A stretch of DNA of 63,127 nt, filler included, from Chrysochromulina tobinii (lineage: Eukaryota), in NCBI GenBank assembly GCA_001275005.1. It is 8 parts of 8 records of this genome, joined end to end, with 100 filler letters (N's around TTAATTAATTAA, not from the genome) between each part and the next. Parts side by side here need not be neighbours in the genome. Positions count along the whole stretch, not along the records: positions 40,606 to 53,949 come from JWZX01000922.1; positions 54,050 to 57,002 come from JWZX01000923.1; positions 57,103 to 60,096 come from JWZX01000928.1; 5 more parts are not named here. One strand, written 5' to 3'. Shown piece after piece: positions 45,858-57,199 of the stretch. Under the pieces are notes generated by a model. It did not search any database. It was not told the origin of the DNA and saw only the letters and a program-made list of their open reading frames with translations. Position numbers and translations under genes: made by a program. How positions within the stretch are numbered: the first letter of the stretch is position 1; each line of letters opens with the position of its first letter.

Positions 45858-46746
45858 GGGTTCATGTGCATTATGGGGGGGAACGACGTACAACCCTACA
45901 ACGATTCCAAACGATTTAACGTCGTAGTCCGTACTTTATATCACAGTGAATGCGAGAAAGACAGTAATAACCTCTTTGATCTCACTGACAAAGCGCCCGG
46001 CCCAAGTCCCTCAATCGCGCAGCACACCGCGGTCAATACACGACCAGTGGCGACACAACCCCACAAAAAAAAACACAATGGACAAAGTCCCCCTTCCCCC
46101 CCTGCGAGTCGGTAAACCGGGTCCGGGACGTTCCGGTCGCATGCACGTAGAGTTACGTCAAGCGCCGTCCCGGTGAAAGGGCGCGCGGAGTCCCCGCGCG
46201 CGAGTCGAAGAGTGTTTGTCCAGTGGTGACATCTAAGAACCTCTATCGGACTTCGACCCGCTCCAGAGAGGTCAGGTCTACACGCCGGACCCTCTAAGCG
46301 GCATGCAAGGGGTCCTGGAGCCAGGGGCTCCCGTTCCCATGGTAGCGAGTGGTAAGTCAACGATCTTCAACGATCCCTGGGCGAACCCCAGAACAGGTGC
46401 CGGAACCAAGGCACCACCAGAGGCCCCGCCGTACGACGAGAACTCGTACGAACCGGAGGATACGGAGGACGGCTCGTCCTTCCAATGGCGCGGCTCGCCC
46501 AGCGAGTTCCGCCGCGAACCGCAGGTTCGGGATCCCAGTGCGGGTCAACATGCTGACAATTTATGGGCAAAAACAATGCACAAGGATGGTTCGGGCATAC
46601 GGTCGCGCCGCTAGACGCCCGTGTCGTCGCGCATGCCTCTATTCACACCAAGCGCGGAAAAAGAGATTCGTCATTATTTCGTTCGCCATAAAAAAGATGC
46701 TTCGTGCAAGGGGAACACTGCCTGCGCGTGCCACCCGGCGCTCTAG

Positions 46747-48459
46747 ATGGCTGAAACTGCTCCGGTCGACTGTCAAGGCGTCGGGTTGAATGCCTCACTG
46801 CTGCAGCCGCGCCGCGCTCGCATCCAGTTCACCTCAGTCGCCGCTGTCGCTGCACCTCTGATGCTGGCAATCGCGGGCTCAGCACTCACGCCACTTCCTT
46901 GCGCATTCTCACTGGCGGGCGTCCCTCTCGGCACAGTCGTGCTGCTGTGCATCGGTGTCGCCAATAATTACACGTGCGTGCTCATGGTGCGCGCCGCCTC
47001 GCGGCTCGGAGTGAGCGGCTACGAGGAAGTCGTGCTCGCTGCGGGCGGCAGGCCCGCCTTGCGATGGTGCCGAGTGGCGCTGATACTGCTGCTGTTTGGA
47101 ACCATTGTCGGCTGCCTTGCCACCATCCAGGAGACGGGCACACGGGCCATGAGAGAGCTGTCCAGGCAGGTCTTGCTAGAAGGCTATGTGAAAACAGGCA
47201 AGGCAGTCCAGTGGCTTGCCTTGGACCCGGTCGGTCGAATCGCCCTGATCGTGAGCCTGACGATCGTCGTGCTGCTCCCGCTCTCGATGGGGTCGCTCGG
47301 CGAGATGCAGTGCGTCTCCGTGCTTGGCGTGGCGCTGATGGCCGTCATTTCCGTGTACATGGTGGCCTCGGCCGCGTTGCTGGGGGACGATGACATGTCG
47401 CTGATCGTCAGCATGCCCAAGGGCAAACTGGCGCTGTCGGAGGCGGCGTCCACCTTTAGCTACGCGTTCTATGTGCAGCCGTGGGTCGTGCCGCAGCTGC
47501 GCATGCTGCCGCCGGGCGAGCAGGGCGCGTCGACCGTCGTGGCCGCAATCCACGTCATCTTCGTCATCACTGGGATCGCGTACCTGTGCGTAGGCCTGGG
47601 AGGCCTGTTCTTTTTTGGCGATGGGTTCGTGCCGCAGGACCTGGTGCAGGGCTTGCGCGGGAGCGTGAGCGGGCCGCTTGCGGGCGTCTTCTGCACGTAC
47701 TCCATCCTCTGCTTCCCTCCGAACGTCGTTCCGCTGCGCGAGACGCTCGTGAGATTGTATCTCGAAACACCTCCTCGACTCGAGATTGCGCCTTGTCTCG
47801 AGCACATTGCGTCGATGTTCACGCCGCGTCTGGTGATCACCGAGAGCGCGAGCGAAGCTCTGGCGCCGCAGCCGCCAATGAACTCTCCAGACTCTTCAGA
47901 GGAGGCCGCGCTCCCGCCGCCGATACAGCCCTCGCCCAGCTGGGCCAGCGCTGTAGTACATACTGCCGGCGGAAGTACGGCGGTACTACCACCGCTGCAG
48001 AACATGGTGCTCACGACGGCCCTTGTCGGCGGAGCGCTCGGGGTCACCGCCGTCCTTCCGAATGCGAGCGCGCAGATCTTTGCTCTGACAGGCGCGACGG
48101 GCGTCTGCGCGATCGGCTACATCTTCCCAATCTACGCCTTCTGGTGCTTGCCCGAGCCCCTCGGTGGCGCTCGAAGCCCCAGCATGCAAGTGCTCACTAC
48201 GGCGCCCTCTCCTCCCCACAGGTGCTTGCCTGAGGTCCTCGGTGGTGCTCGAAGATCCACGCCGGCTGACCGCTGGACACGACGCCTCTGCTTGTGGCTC
48301 ACTCAGCGTGTGTGGCCAGCCTGCGTTCTCTGCCTCGGGTGCGCTGTCTCCATCCTCACATTAATCGCCGTGGCCGATCAGTGGAAGCATCCTTCCGATA
48401 TCGCGGGCACGTGCGCGGCACCGGACTATCATCTTAGTAACGGCACACATGAGGCGTGA
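46747..48459 (+). CDS. Amino-acid transporter (AAAP/Aa_trans family)
   Basis: IAGSALTPLPCAFSLAGVPLG, YEEVVLAAG, IFALTGAT...YIFP; about 11 hydrophobic segments. Confidence 0.85.
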   Translation: MAETAPVDCQGVGLNASLLQPRRARIQFTSVAAVAAPLMLAIAGSALTPLPCAFSLAGVPLGTVVLLCIGVANNYTCVLMVRAASRLGVSGYEEVVLAAGGRPALRWCRVALILLLFGTIVGCLATIQETGTRAMRELSRQVLLEGYVKTGKAVQWLALDPVGRIALIVSLTIVVLLPLSMGSLGEMQCVSVLGVALMAVISVYMVASAALLGDDDMSLIVSMPKGKLALSEAASTFSYAFYVQPWVVPQLRMLPPGEQGASTVVAAIHVIFVITGIAYLCVGLGGLFFFGDGFVPQDLVQGLRGSVSGPLAGVFCTYSILCFPPNVVPLRETLVRLYLETPPRLEIAPCLEHIASMFTPRLVITESASEALAPQPPMNSPDSSEEAALPPPIQPSPSWASAVVHTAGGSTAVLPPLQNMVLTTALVGGALGVTAVLPNASAQIFALTGATGVCAIGYIFPIYAFWCLPEPLGGARSPSMQVLTTAPSPPHRCLPEVLGGARRSTPADRWTRRLCLWLTQRVWPACVLCLGCAVSILTLIAVADQWKHPSDIAGTCAAPDYHLSNGTHEA

Positions 48460-48897
48460 GAAGGCGTCGATTGAGTGTGCAGATCTCACGGAGATCAGAT
48501 CGAGTGTAGAGCAGGTGACAAGTGGCCTGTTCCCTTGTGGCCTGTTCCCAGGCCCACTTCTGCTCCGGGCTGCATGCAATGCACATGTCTGTCTAAAACA
48601 GTGTAATATTTGTCGAACGGACCTCGACCAGATGGAGATGCGAACAGTTTCTCATATTATACACACGATCGCATGAAGTGAACCATGAACGTGACTGTTG
48701 ACTTCCCCGTGGGCATACTCAGGGCAGTCGGTGCCTCGGGCCAAGCCAACTACATCTGTGGCAGCGCCTCAGCACCCCACACGCGCAATTTTCATAGACT
48801 GCAACCTTGTTTCGTTCATTTCCGATTTCTGAGGAATTCCGCGCCGAGGAAAATTCCGCGAAGAAGCGCTCGAAAAGCCGAGTGAGAGAGGTCGCTG

Positions 48898-49896
48898 ATG
48901 CAAGCTCTGCCGAGCGACTGCTTGCTCCACGAGAAGCACGTCGTGCTGACGCCCAACCGTGGCGTCACCCAACTGACACTCCTCGGGGACCAGAGCTGCT
49001 CATACATGCTCATCTTGTGTGCGCACCAGCTCACCAGCCGAATTACCCTAAACATAACAGCAAAACTTGACGGCATAGATGCGCTCAGTCTCACGCTCGG
49101 CAACCGGTCTGACTGGACGATCTTCGACCGACAGATCTTTGACCGCACGCAGAGCATTCCTCAGTCCATCACCTACGATGAGTCACTGGGGAAGTCGCTC
49201 GTCGCACGGCTGCAGCTTGAGGGCAAGGCATCCTCATCCACTTCGCACATGAGTGTTCGATACGAGTGCACGCCGGTTCCGGACGAGACCTTCACAGCGG
49301 CGAACTTCTGGCTCGCCATGCTGTTCCGCTTCGGAACTCCCGTCGCTATCTTTTGTGTTGTGGCTCGACTGGTGCTGCGGCGCAGACGAAATCGTTTTCG
49401 ACGTCATCGTGTGACCATCCAGCCTCCGTACGAGACACTGCAGGAGGATGCAGAGGTGGTAGTGGCGACGCTCGCGATGCTGCCTTTGATATCTTACCGC
49501 GAGCTGCGGGAGGAGTGCGACGCAGGCCAGAGGAGCGGCGCGGCGGCCAGCAGAGAGGGAGCCGAACACGCCGATGCGACGGCGGCAGAGAGTGCCGATG
49601 GTTCGAGCTGGGGCGGAAGCGCTCACCTCGATGCTTGGTTCTTTCCTGATGCGGACTCGCTGGCGCAAGAGTGCGGCATATGCCTCGACCGCTTCAAGGA
49701 CGACCAGCTCCTCCGCGTGCTTCCTTGTCGCCACTTCTTCTGCGCCGAGTGCATCGAGCGCTGGTTTGAGACACGTGGCCTCAACGGGCAGCTCGCCACG
49801 CGTGGCCTGCCCTGCCCGATGTGCAAGGCGGACGCCACGGAGGACTTGTTTTCGAACAGGCCAGGTCTAGAGAATCAGTGTGTGGAGTCGAGGTGA
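48898..49896 (+). CDS. Membrane-anchored RING-H2 E3 ubiquitin ligase (ATL/RNF-like)
   Basis: A TM segment followed by CGICLDRF...LRVLPCRHFFCAECIERW...CPMC (the usual second His is Cys). Confidence 0.8.
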   Translation: MQALPSDCLLHEKHVVLTPNRGVTQLTLLGDQSCSYMLILCAHQLTSRITLNITAKLDGIDALSLTLGNRSDWTIFDRQIFDRTQSIPQSITYDESLGKSLVARLQLEGKASSSTSHMSVRYECTPVPDETFTAANFWLAMLFRFGTPVAIFCVVARLVLRRRRNRFRRHRVTIQPPYETLQEDAEVVVATLAMLPLISYRELREECDAGQRSGAAASREGAEHADATAAESADGSSWGGSAHLDAWFFPDADSLAQECGICLDRFKDDQLLRVLPCRHFFCAECIERWFETRGLNGQLATRGLPCPMCKADATEDLFSNRPGLENQCVESR

Positions 49897-50175
49897 TCAC
49901 AACCAAATAGCAAATTGAGTGGGGCAGGCGGGGAGTCGCCTGCATCGCCCGCGTCGTCCGCCTCCGGCATGCAGCGGCGCCGCCTCGGCGGGCATCGATC
50001 GGGCGCCACGCGACCTCAAAAGAAATGAGAGATTTCTCCCTTTAACCATGCGAAATCTCTCAGAATTTGACTTGACTTGTCATGAGGACTTGACTTGACT
50101 TGGCTTGACTTGACTTGTGATGAGGGTGTCGAGGGCGTCCTCGGTCGGCTCCTCCGGCGAGCGAGCGAGCGCAAC

Positions 50176-52275
50176 ATGCGAACCGTCTTGATCGCCGCGA
50201 CCGTGACTTTCGCGGCTGCGGACGTTTTCGTATCTCCGACCGGCAATGACGCCAATGAGGGCACTTCGCCCAGCAGCGCGGTCGCCACTCTGCAACGCGC
50301 AGCGGCGGCCGCTCGGGCCACTCGCTCCACGGTGGTCCACGTTGCGAGCGGCACGTACAAAGGCCCACTGACGCTGAGCAAGGAAGACTCTGGCGTGCAG
50401 TGGCTGGCCGCAGGTCCCGACGTGCGTGTGAGCGGCGGCGTCGAGCTCAACGCATGGACTCCATCCGCCATGGGCCCCAACATTGTCATGGCTGACGTGA
50501 CTGGCCTCGAGGGCAGGCAGGATCGTCATCTCTACGTGGGCGGTGTGCGTGCGCGCCGGACGCGCTACCCGGAGACGGCAGCCCGTTCGCTCTTTGCGGG
50601 CGCTCGGATGACTGATGACGGCTTTGTGTTGTCGCATGCCTCGATGGTCGCCGCCCCTCGTGGGCCGTGTGAAGGGCCATGTGAACTGCCATGTGCCGCC
50701 GACCACGGCTCATCAATGCCGTGCTGTGGCCAGGGTGGAGACCCCGTCGACCCACAGTACCAGTGCCCGGCATCGGCTCCATTCTGCACTGACTACGTTG
50801 AGAACGTGCAGTGGGGCACGTGCCAGCAGACGCCGCCGCCAGCGCCCACGCCACCGACGCCGTGGCCGCGCGGTGGCCTAGGGGTCGAGTTCGTCTACCC
50901 GCAGTCCACGTCGCCTTGGACGGAGCCGAGGTGCGCGGTGCTTCGGCGCAACGCGACGCACATTGAGATGATGCAACCGTGCTGGCGCAACCTGGTGCAC
51001 AAGGCGTGCGACCAAGGGGCCAAGGGCCCACCAGACCTCGCGGGCGCCGTGACGGGTGCGAGGCCGGTGGGCTACAAGGGGTATGTGGTCGCCGGCTTGG
51101 GAGCCCCTCTGGAAGGCAGCGGCTACATTGAGAACGTGGGGCCCTCGAGCACCATGGAGCCCGGCGACTGGGCCCTCGACGAGATCGTCGAGCCTGGCAA
51201 GCGCAGGTGGAGGGCTTATTACGCGCTGCGGGCTGGAGAGACGGTGACGAGCGTGCGGGCGATGATGCCAACGCTCTCCGTGCTGCTGAATGTGAGCGGC
51301 GGCGCGCGCGACCTCGGCTTCGTCGGGTTCGCCTTCGAGTACGCCACGTGGCTGCGCCCAGGCCAGGCCGACGGTTACGTCGAGCAGCAAACGGGCTGCG
51401 GCACCGTGGGCACCAATTACAGCTCGAATTCGGATTGCAACAAGGACTACTTCTGGTCCGTCAAGTCGCCGGGGAATGTGCTCGTGCAAGACGCGACCAA
51501 CGTGTCCTTCGTTGGGTGCGAGTTCTCCAAGCTGGGTGGCTTCGGGCTCGACCTCTCGCGCACCGTCGGCTGCGTCATCGACGGCTGCTACTTCCACGAC
51601 ATCTCGGGCTCCGCAATCCAGATCGGCCAGTTTCAGGATGCGCTGGCTGCGCCGCTCGATCGCGACAACGTGGTGCGGAACACGATCATCGTGCGCGCCG
51701 CGGCGGAGTACTCCGGTGCCGCGGGCCTCAACGTGGGCTACACGGTCGGCACGCTGCTCGAGCACAACGACGTGGGGAACTTGACCTATGGCGCCATCTC
51801 GGTCGGTTGGGGTTGGTGGCGCCACGTGTGCGCGACGTGCACCAACGCGGCGAACAACACCATCCGGTTCAACCGCGCGCATGGGTACAAACAAGCGCTC
51901 AACGACGGCGGCGGCATTTACATGCTGGGGCCCCAGAATGGCAGCCTGATCCACGGGAACTGGGTCTACGATCAGGGCACCGCAAGCTCAGGCGCGCTCT
52001 ATCCCGACGAAGGCTCCGCCTACTCGACGTGGTCCGGCAACGTCGTCACGAACATCCATGGCTCCAAGTGGCTGCATCTGTGGACGAGCTCGATCCACGA
52101 CGTCGTGGTCCGCGACAACTTTGCGGATACGGACTATTACCAGAACTCGGGCACCAACTGCCCGATGATCAACAATACTGTGTTTCAGCCAGGCTCGCCT
52201 CCAAGGGATGCGCAAGAGATCATGGACTTTGCGGGGGTGCCAAAGGGGCACAGATGGGCCTCGGTGCTGAGATGA
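50176..52275 (+). CDS. Secreted right-handed beta-helix protein, GH141-like, with Cys-rich insert
   Basis: Signal-like MRTVLIAATVTFAAA, VFVSPTGNDANEGT, LYVGGVRARRTRYP, YGAISVGWGW, LNDGGGIYMLG and LYPDEGS. Confidence 0.8.
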   Translation: MRTVLIAATVTFAAADVFVSPTGNDANEGTSPSSAVATLQRAAAAARATRSTVVHVASGTYKGPLTLSKEDSGVQWLAAGPDVRVSGGVELNAWTPSAMGPNIVMADVTGLEGRQDRHLYVGGVRARRTRYPETAARSLFAGARMTDDGFVLSHASMVAAPRGPCEGPCELPCAADHGSSMPCCGQGGDPVDPQYQCPASAPFCTDYVENVQWGTCQQTPPPAPTPPTPWPRGGLGVEFVYPQSTSPWTEPRCAVLRRNATHIEMMQPCWRNLVHKACDQGAKGPPDLAGAVTGARPVGYKGYVVAGLGAPLEGSGYIENVGPSSTMEPGDWALDEIVEPGKRRWRAYYALRAGETVTSVRAMMPTLSVLLNVSGGARDLGFVGFAFEYATWLRPGQADGYVEQQTGCGTVGTNYSSNSDCNKDYFWSVKSPGNVLVQDATNVSFVGCEFSKLGGFGLDLSRTVGCVIDGCYFHDISGSAIQIGQFQDALAAPLDRDNVVRNTIIVRAAAEYSGAAGLNVGYTVGTLLEHNDVGNLTYGAISVGWGWWRHVCATCTNAANNTIRFNRAHGYKQALNDGGGIYMLGPQNGSLIHGNWVYDQGTASSGALYPDEGSAYSTWSGNVVTNIHGSKWLHLWTSSIHDVVVRDNFADTDYYQNSGTNCPMINNTVFQPGSPPRDAQEIMDFAGVPKGHRWASVLR

Positions 52276-52591
52276 GTAAGTAAGCAAAACATGCCAACGG
52301 GCAGCGTAGTCCTTACTACCGGTACACGTGGCGAGGGGGGCTGGGCCTTGAATGGTACCGGTACACTGGTACCGGTACACTGGGTTCTTGGTCGCGCCCT
52401 CTCGTGAAACGTTCTGTGCAAAGTCTGTGAAGTTCCCGAGGTGTGAGGGGGCCCTCACTTCGCGTGCGCGATCTTGAGCGCTCGCGCATCGTGATTTCGT
52501 GATCTCAGCCGTGAACGAAGGTCCGCCATCTTGAGCGCTCATCGGTGAGCGCCCTCTGCGGGTTGTTGCACTCCCTGCTCTCCCTGCGATC

Positions 52592-53223
52592 ATGGGCCTC
52601 GGCGACCCCTCGTATGCGCTACGCTGGAAGGTGCGTGAGGCCGTGCATCTCACATGCGGGACGCCTGGAGCGCTGACCGCTTGGAGCGCTCTCCGCACGG
52701 TTGCTCGCAGATTCGTATGGGTGACACTGGTGCGGTGCGGAATCTGATCAAGGCCGGCGAGGCCGACTTGATGCAGCCGAGCAAGACCCTGAAGGAATGG
52801 ACGCCGCTGCACATTGCGTGCTGGGGCTCGATCAAACCCACGAGCGACAAGGACCTTGTCGAGGCGCTGCTGTTGTGGGCCCAGAAGTCCGGCAAGACCA
52901 ACGCCATGACATCGGCCACCGAGTGCGTGCGGCTGGCGGCCCCGCAAACCCACCTGCACACGCGCGCCGCCGCCCGCCCGGTTGATGCTGGCTCGGACGA
53001 AGCATTCGATGATGCGTGCCACTGATGCTGCCACCGCCCTCGCCCTCTCCTGCTTCGCAGCAAAGACGGGTTCACCCCGCTCGACCTCGCCAAGCAGCGC
53101 CGGGATGCGCTGGCAGCTGCGACGTCCGCGAACGCCAACGCTGAGGAGGGCGGCGCCGCGGTCGAGGCCAAGCGCAAATACGACAAGATCATCGAATGGC
53201 TCGAGAAGGGTCTGCCTGCATAG
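52592..53223 (+). CDS. Small ankyrin-repeat protein; exons 52592-52630, 52711-52922, 53061-53223
   Basis: WTPLHIAC and DKDGFTPLDLAK are joined in frame by two GTGCGT...GCAG introns. Confidence 0.8.
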
Positions 53224-53607
53224 AGAGAGAGAGAGAGGCCGCAGAATGGAGCAGGAGGGCACGCGCCGGGCGATGTCGGCGCGCGGCCCGGCGCCGCTCT
53301 GGGGGTAGATGCGCTTTAGAGCGCGCGCATGTGAGTTCTTACAAAAATCGTGATCTGCGCCATTTCATACGTGCTGAGAGTTAGGAAATCTCTAATCTGC
53401 ATCGCGCCACAAGTTTCTCTAGTTGACATCGGAGATTAGAGAGTCCGTTAGCGGCGCTGCTTCATCGTTTCCCGCTGCCGCCGGGTTCGCGTTCGGCTTC
53501 GGGTACACGACCACAGAACGGTGCCGTCCTGCCGTGTACGCGAGCACGCAGACCCGGCCCGACGGGCATGTGGGACGATAGCCACACGGCCATGACGGGA
53601 TGGGCCA

Positions 53608-53922
53608 TCACTCCTGGAACTGCCCATCAAACGACGTGTTGCCCGTGAGCTGGAAGGCGATGTAAAAGGGCTTGTGGGGAAGCGAAGAGCACCAATTCCA
53701 AGCTGAGGTGAGCCGGCCGTCGATGCACGAGCCAGCGTCGAAAAAGTTGTCCGCGCCGCTCCCATCGAAGCCAAAGCGGAAAAAGTCCTGCAGAATGGCC
53801 ACCTGGAGCTCGGTCAGTCCGCCATAGGTTGCTTGCATCCAGGCGTTGAGTGCCTCGTCGTCCTGTATCAGCTGTTCGAGGCTCGAGAGGGTCGAGAGGA
53901 TCGGATGGAGGATATGCTCGAC
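53608..53922 (-). CDS. Terminal exon of a UPF0652/DUF2009-family protein (5'-partial)
   Basis: Conserved ILQDFFRFGFDGSGADNFFDAGSCIDGRLTSAWNWCS..KPFY..F.LTG..SFDG; CAG acceptor at 53925-53923. Confidence 0.75.
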   Translation of the reverse strand, partial: VEHILHPILSTLSSLEQLIQDDEALNAWMQATYGGLTELQVAILQDFFRFGFDGSGADNFFDAGSCIDGRLTSAWNWCSSLPHKPFYIAFQLTGNTSFDGQFQE

Positions 53923-54049
53923 CTGCGGGGGGGGGGGGGGCGGGGGGGGNNNNNNNNNNNNNNNNNNNNNNNNNNNNNNNNNNNNNNNNNNNNTTAATTA
54001 ATTAANNNNNNNNNNNNNNNNNNNNNNNNNNNNNNNNNNNNNNNNNNNN

Positions 54050-56262
54050 CGTCACCCGCGGCCATGCGGCCAATGAGCTCGTCCAGGTCGTCTCTAGAGC
54101 CGGTGGAGGCGTCGCCGTCGTGAGCGCCAGGCAGCAGTGCGCCTGTGCCTCGCCAGATCTGCTGCGCATCGATGACGGCCTCGCGCCCCACCGGCTCGAT
54201 GTCGAGCTCGCGTAGGTCGACGATGAGCTGGTCCCACGCCTTCCTCGAGGCGAGCAATGCGGGGCCTGTGCGTCGTGCAAACGCCGGGACAACAGTGGAC
54301 GCCTCGTCAAAGGTCATAAAGTCGGAGCCATCGTTGCGGCAGACCTGCGACCGTACGACGACGCCCGCCGAGAGCAGCAGCCAAACGCCGCGCCGCTGCC
54401 GTCCGAGCTGGTGATTCGTAGCATCGGAAACGAGTGGACCCTCAAAGAGGCGAAGGTCATCGCGCGTAAGGGAGCTGTAGATCACCGAGGCGCGGTCAAA
54501 CGGATCACCCTTGGGCGGGTCGTGCTCGAGAATGAAGTTGTACGTCGGGGCTCGATCCTCATCCGCGGCTGCGGCAAGGCGGCGGAGAAGGGCGACGTGC
54601 TTCATGTACATCTCGGTGGGGAAGACGCGGCCCACCGGGGATGAGCCGAGGGCGGCATCGCCGCTGGCAAGAAGCTCCTCCAGATGTACCCATGACCACT
54701 CGGCAGGGTGGGCGCCGAGGCTGCCCCATAGAAAGCACGTGAGCGAAAGCAGCGAGCGCGCACAAAAGCGCAGCTGACTGTCGATGCCGTCAGAGAGGGC
54801 GGCGGTGATGGCGGCGTGGACGCTGGCGGCAGTGAGGGAGGCGCAGTGGAACCATCCATCTCCGACTCGACGGGCCTCCGTGAGTCCCTCGGTGAGGAGC
54901 CCGAATTTCGGGGCGGCGTGCCAGACGCCAGGAAGATAGCGGTCGACGCAGTGTCTCGACACAAGGCCGCGAAAGCGCCTGCCGTAGATAGCGCGTCGCG
55001 TCTTCTCGACCGTCTCCGACTGTGCGTCGGACATCGGCCCAAACGGCGCATACGCCTCGATGACCGCGGACAGCCCGGCATGGGTGGCACGCTCGTACTC
55101 CCGCGGGCTGCATCGCACCATCTGCTCCACGTGCTTGAGCCACGCCATGCACAGCCCTACCTGTTTGCCCTGCGTCGGGCGCTGATCTCCACTGAGCTTG
55201 CGCCGATCGCCAACATGCGTGTATACGGCGTCGTAGGCGAGCCGAGGGATGGGGCGCCCACCGATGAACGCCGCCGCGAGAAACCACGGCGGGGCAGGAG
55301 CTTCGGAGGGCATGCCCGAGCCATCGAAGGTGACCGCGGCGTACGTCGTCTTCGACGCGTCATCGGTGATGCCGAATTGACTGGCTGAGACGGCGGCCCA
55401 CTCGTCCAGGATCGAGATGACTACGGCAGCGGCAGCCCAGCTCGTCACGCACCCGAGAAAGTCGTCTGCGCACAGGATGCTCTGGTGTCGACGGCCGCCG
55501 CCGTGCGTGCCATTCCACATGCGCACGCCCCCATTGCTGACCATCGTATCGATGGCCTCGACGAGGCTGGCCATAAAGATCTTGGCCTTCTCGGTCGAGA
55601 GCATGCACCCTTGGAAGTACCCGCACTTTGAGCGCAGCCGTGTAAAGTCGAAGCCGCCCCCATGTCGGGGAGCGCCGTCGGCGAGACCGTGCTCCGTCTC
55701 GTAGAGAAAGCACGCGTCGTCGTAGAGCGCGAGGGTCGCCTCGCGTACATCTCGAGGGAGTCCGCGCCACTGCTCGGATATGAGGACAAACCCTCGGTCC
55801 ATCGACGGGAAAAAGCGCTGAATGTCCCCGTAGACGACGACAAGAAGGTGCGAGAGGAGGTGCGCATGGTCGAGCACCAGCCCGCCGCAAATGGCTGCCC
55901 CGCGCGCCGATACGCCCGGCGTCCAGCCAAAGTTGCCTGGCAGCCGGTCCATAACCGCCGCGTACGCGGGCATGTACAGACCCGCTTGCAGCTTAAGCAG
56001 CTGCGAAGTGAGGCCTATGTCGCGCTTCTTCGAGACCACCGGCGAGGGTACCTTCTTGTTGAGGAGCTTGACAGGAACGCGCGCCCAGTAGTCGGGCTTG
56101 TGGCGCGCCCCTTGGGCATCCGGTGTGGCGACGCCCATGGCGGCGACGTAGAATGGGCGACGTAGAGCATCGGGAAGGAGCTCCAGCATCTCTTTAGAAA
56201 CACGGTCCAGCGACGTGGCCTTGTCGGGATGCATCTTGGCGAGGATCTTGACGAAATCTGCG
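54050..56262 (-). mobile_element. Non-LTR-type retroelement reverse transcriptase (partial)
   Basis: KAT.LD, LLNKK, RDIGL, FGWTPG, GDIQRFFPSMD, GYFQGCMLS, LCADD and YTHVG occur in the non-LTR RT motif order. Confidence 0.8.
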
Positions 56263-57002
56263 TGGCGGCGGCCTACAGGGCATCAAGGCGCAGCTGCGAC
56301 GACAGCAGGGCATTGTGCAGACTGTGCGCAGGGCACGCCTCGGCGTGGTCCAAGCTGCATCCGCGCTCGCATCTCTCCGCCCCGATGCGCTCGCCCACCG
56401 CCGCCTTCGTGCAGAGGGCATCCTGCAGAGCGCGGTCGCCGCGGAGAAGGCCCTCTACACGCCCAACTCGGCGACCTTTTTCGCTCGGCATGATCGGAGC
56501 CTGCAGAGGATCGTCGTCCGACCCATACTCGGGGACCCGGCGCTGGCGGATGCCGCGCGAGCGGCCGCCGTGGTGTCTCGCCTTCTCCGCGACGTCTCCT
56601 ACTACAGCCAGCAGCTGGGCAAGCTCGAGCGCCGCGCCGACCGCCCGATATGGCAAGGTGTCGCCGATGCGGCTGCGGGGGGCGGCAGAGACGCCATCAT
56701 TGCCGCGATGCGGCGGCCCACGCAGCACGACGACACTCATGGCGGCATCCAAGGGCTGTACCGCGCCGATAAGCAGTTTGTCGAGCGTGCGGGCGTGAGA
56801 GCTCCAGGCGAATGGATCACAGAGCCGGCGGCCGTCCGCGCGGAGGCGGGCGAGATCTATCGGAGCATCGATGACTCCAACTACGGAGCCGGCTCCAATG
56901 ACGCGCGGATCTTTGGCTTCCACGCTGCCATGTGCCCGCCTCCGTACGCCGAGCTGCCCGGCAAGGACGGCAGGGAGTGGCGTCTTCCTGACGAGTGCGA
57001 CT
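56263..57002 (+). mobile_element. Probable pre-RT linker region of the same retroelement, in inverted orientation
   Basis: EWITEPAAVRAEAGEIYR...WRLPDECD resembles the region preceding RT in LINE ORF2; it lies on the opposite strand to the RT. Confidence 0.55.
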
Positions 57003-57199
57003 NNNNNNNNNNNNNNNNNNNNNNNNNNNNNNNNNNNNNNNNNNNNTTAATTAATTAANNNNNNNNNNNNNNNNNNNNNNNNNNNNNNNNNNNNNNNNNN
57101 NNAGACTGCCTTGCTAGGGTCGTCGAGCTCGAGAATGTGACCAAGACGGCGTACCGTGAGGATTGCTACTTCCCAGTGGAGCCAGGCGCGGTGCTGCTG

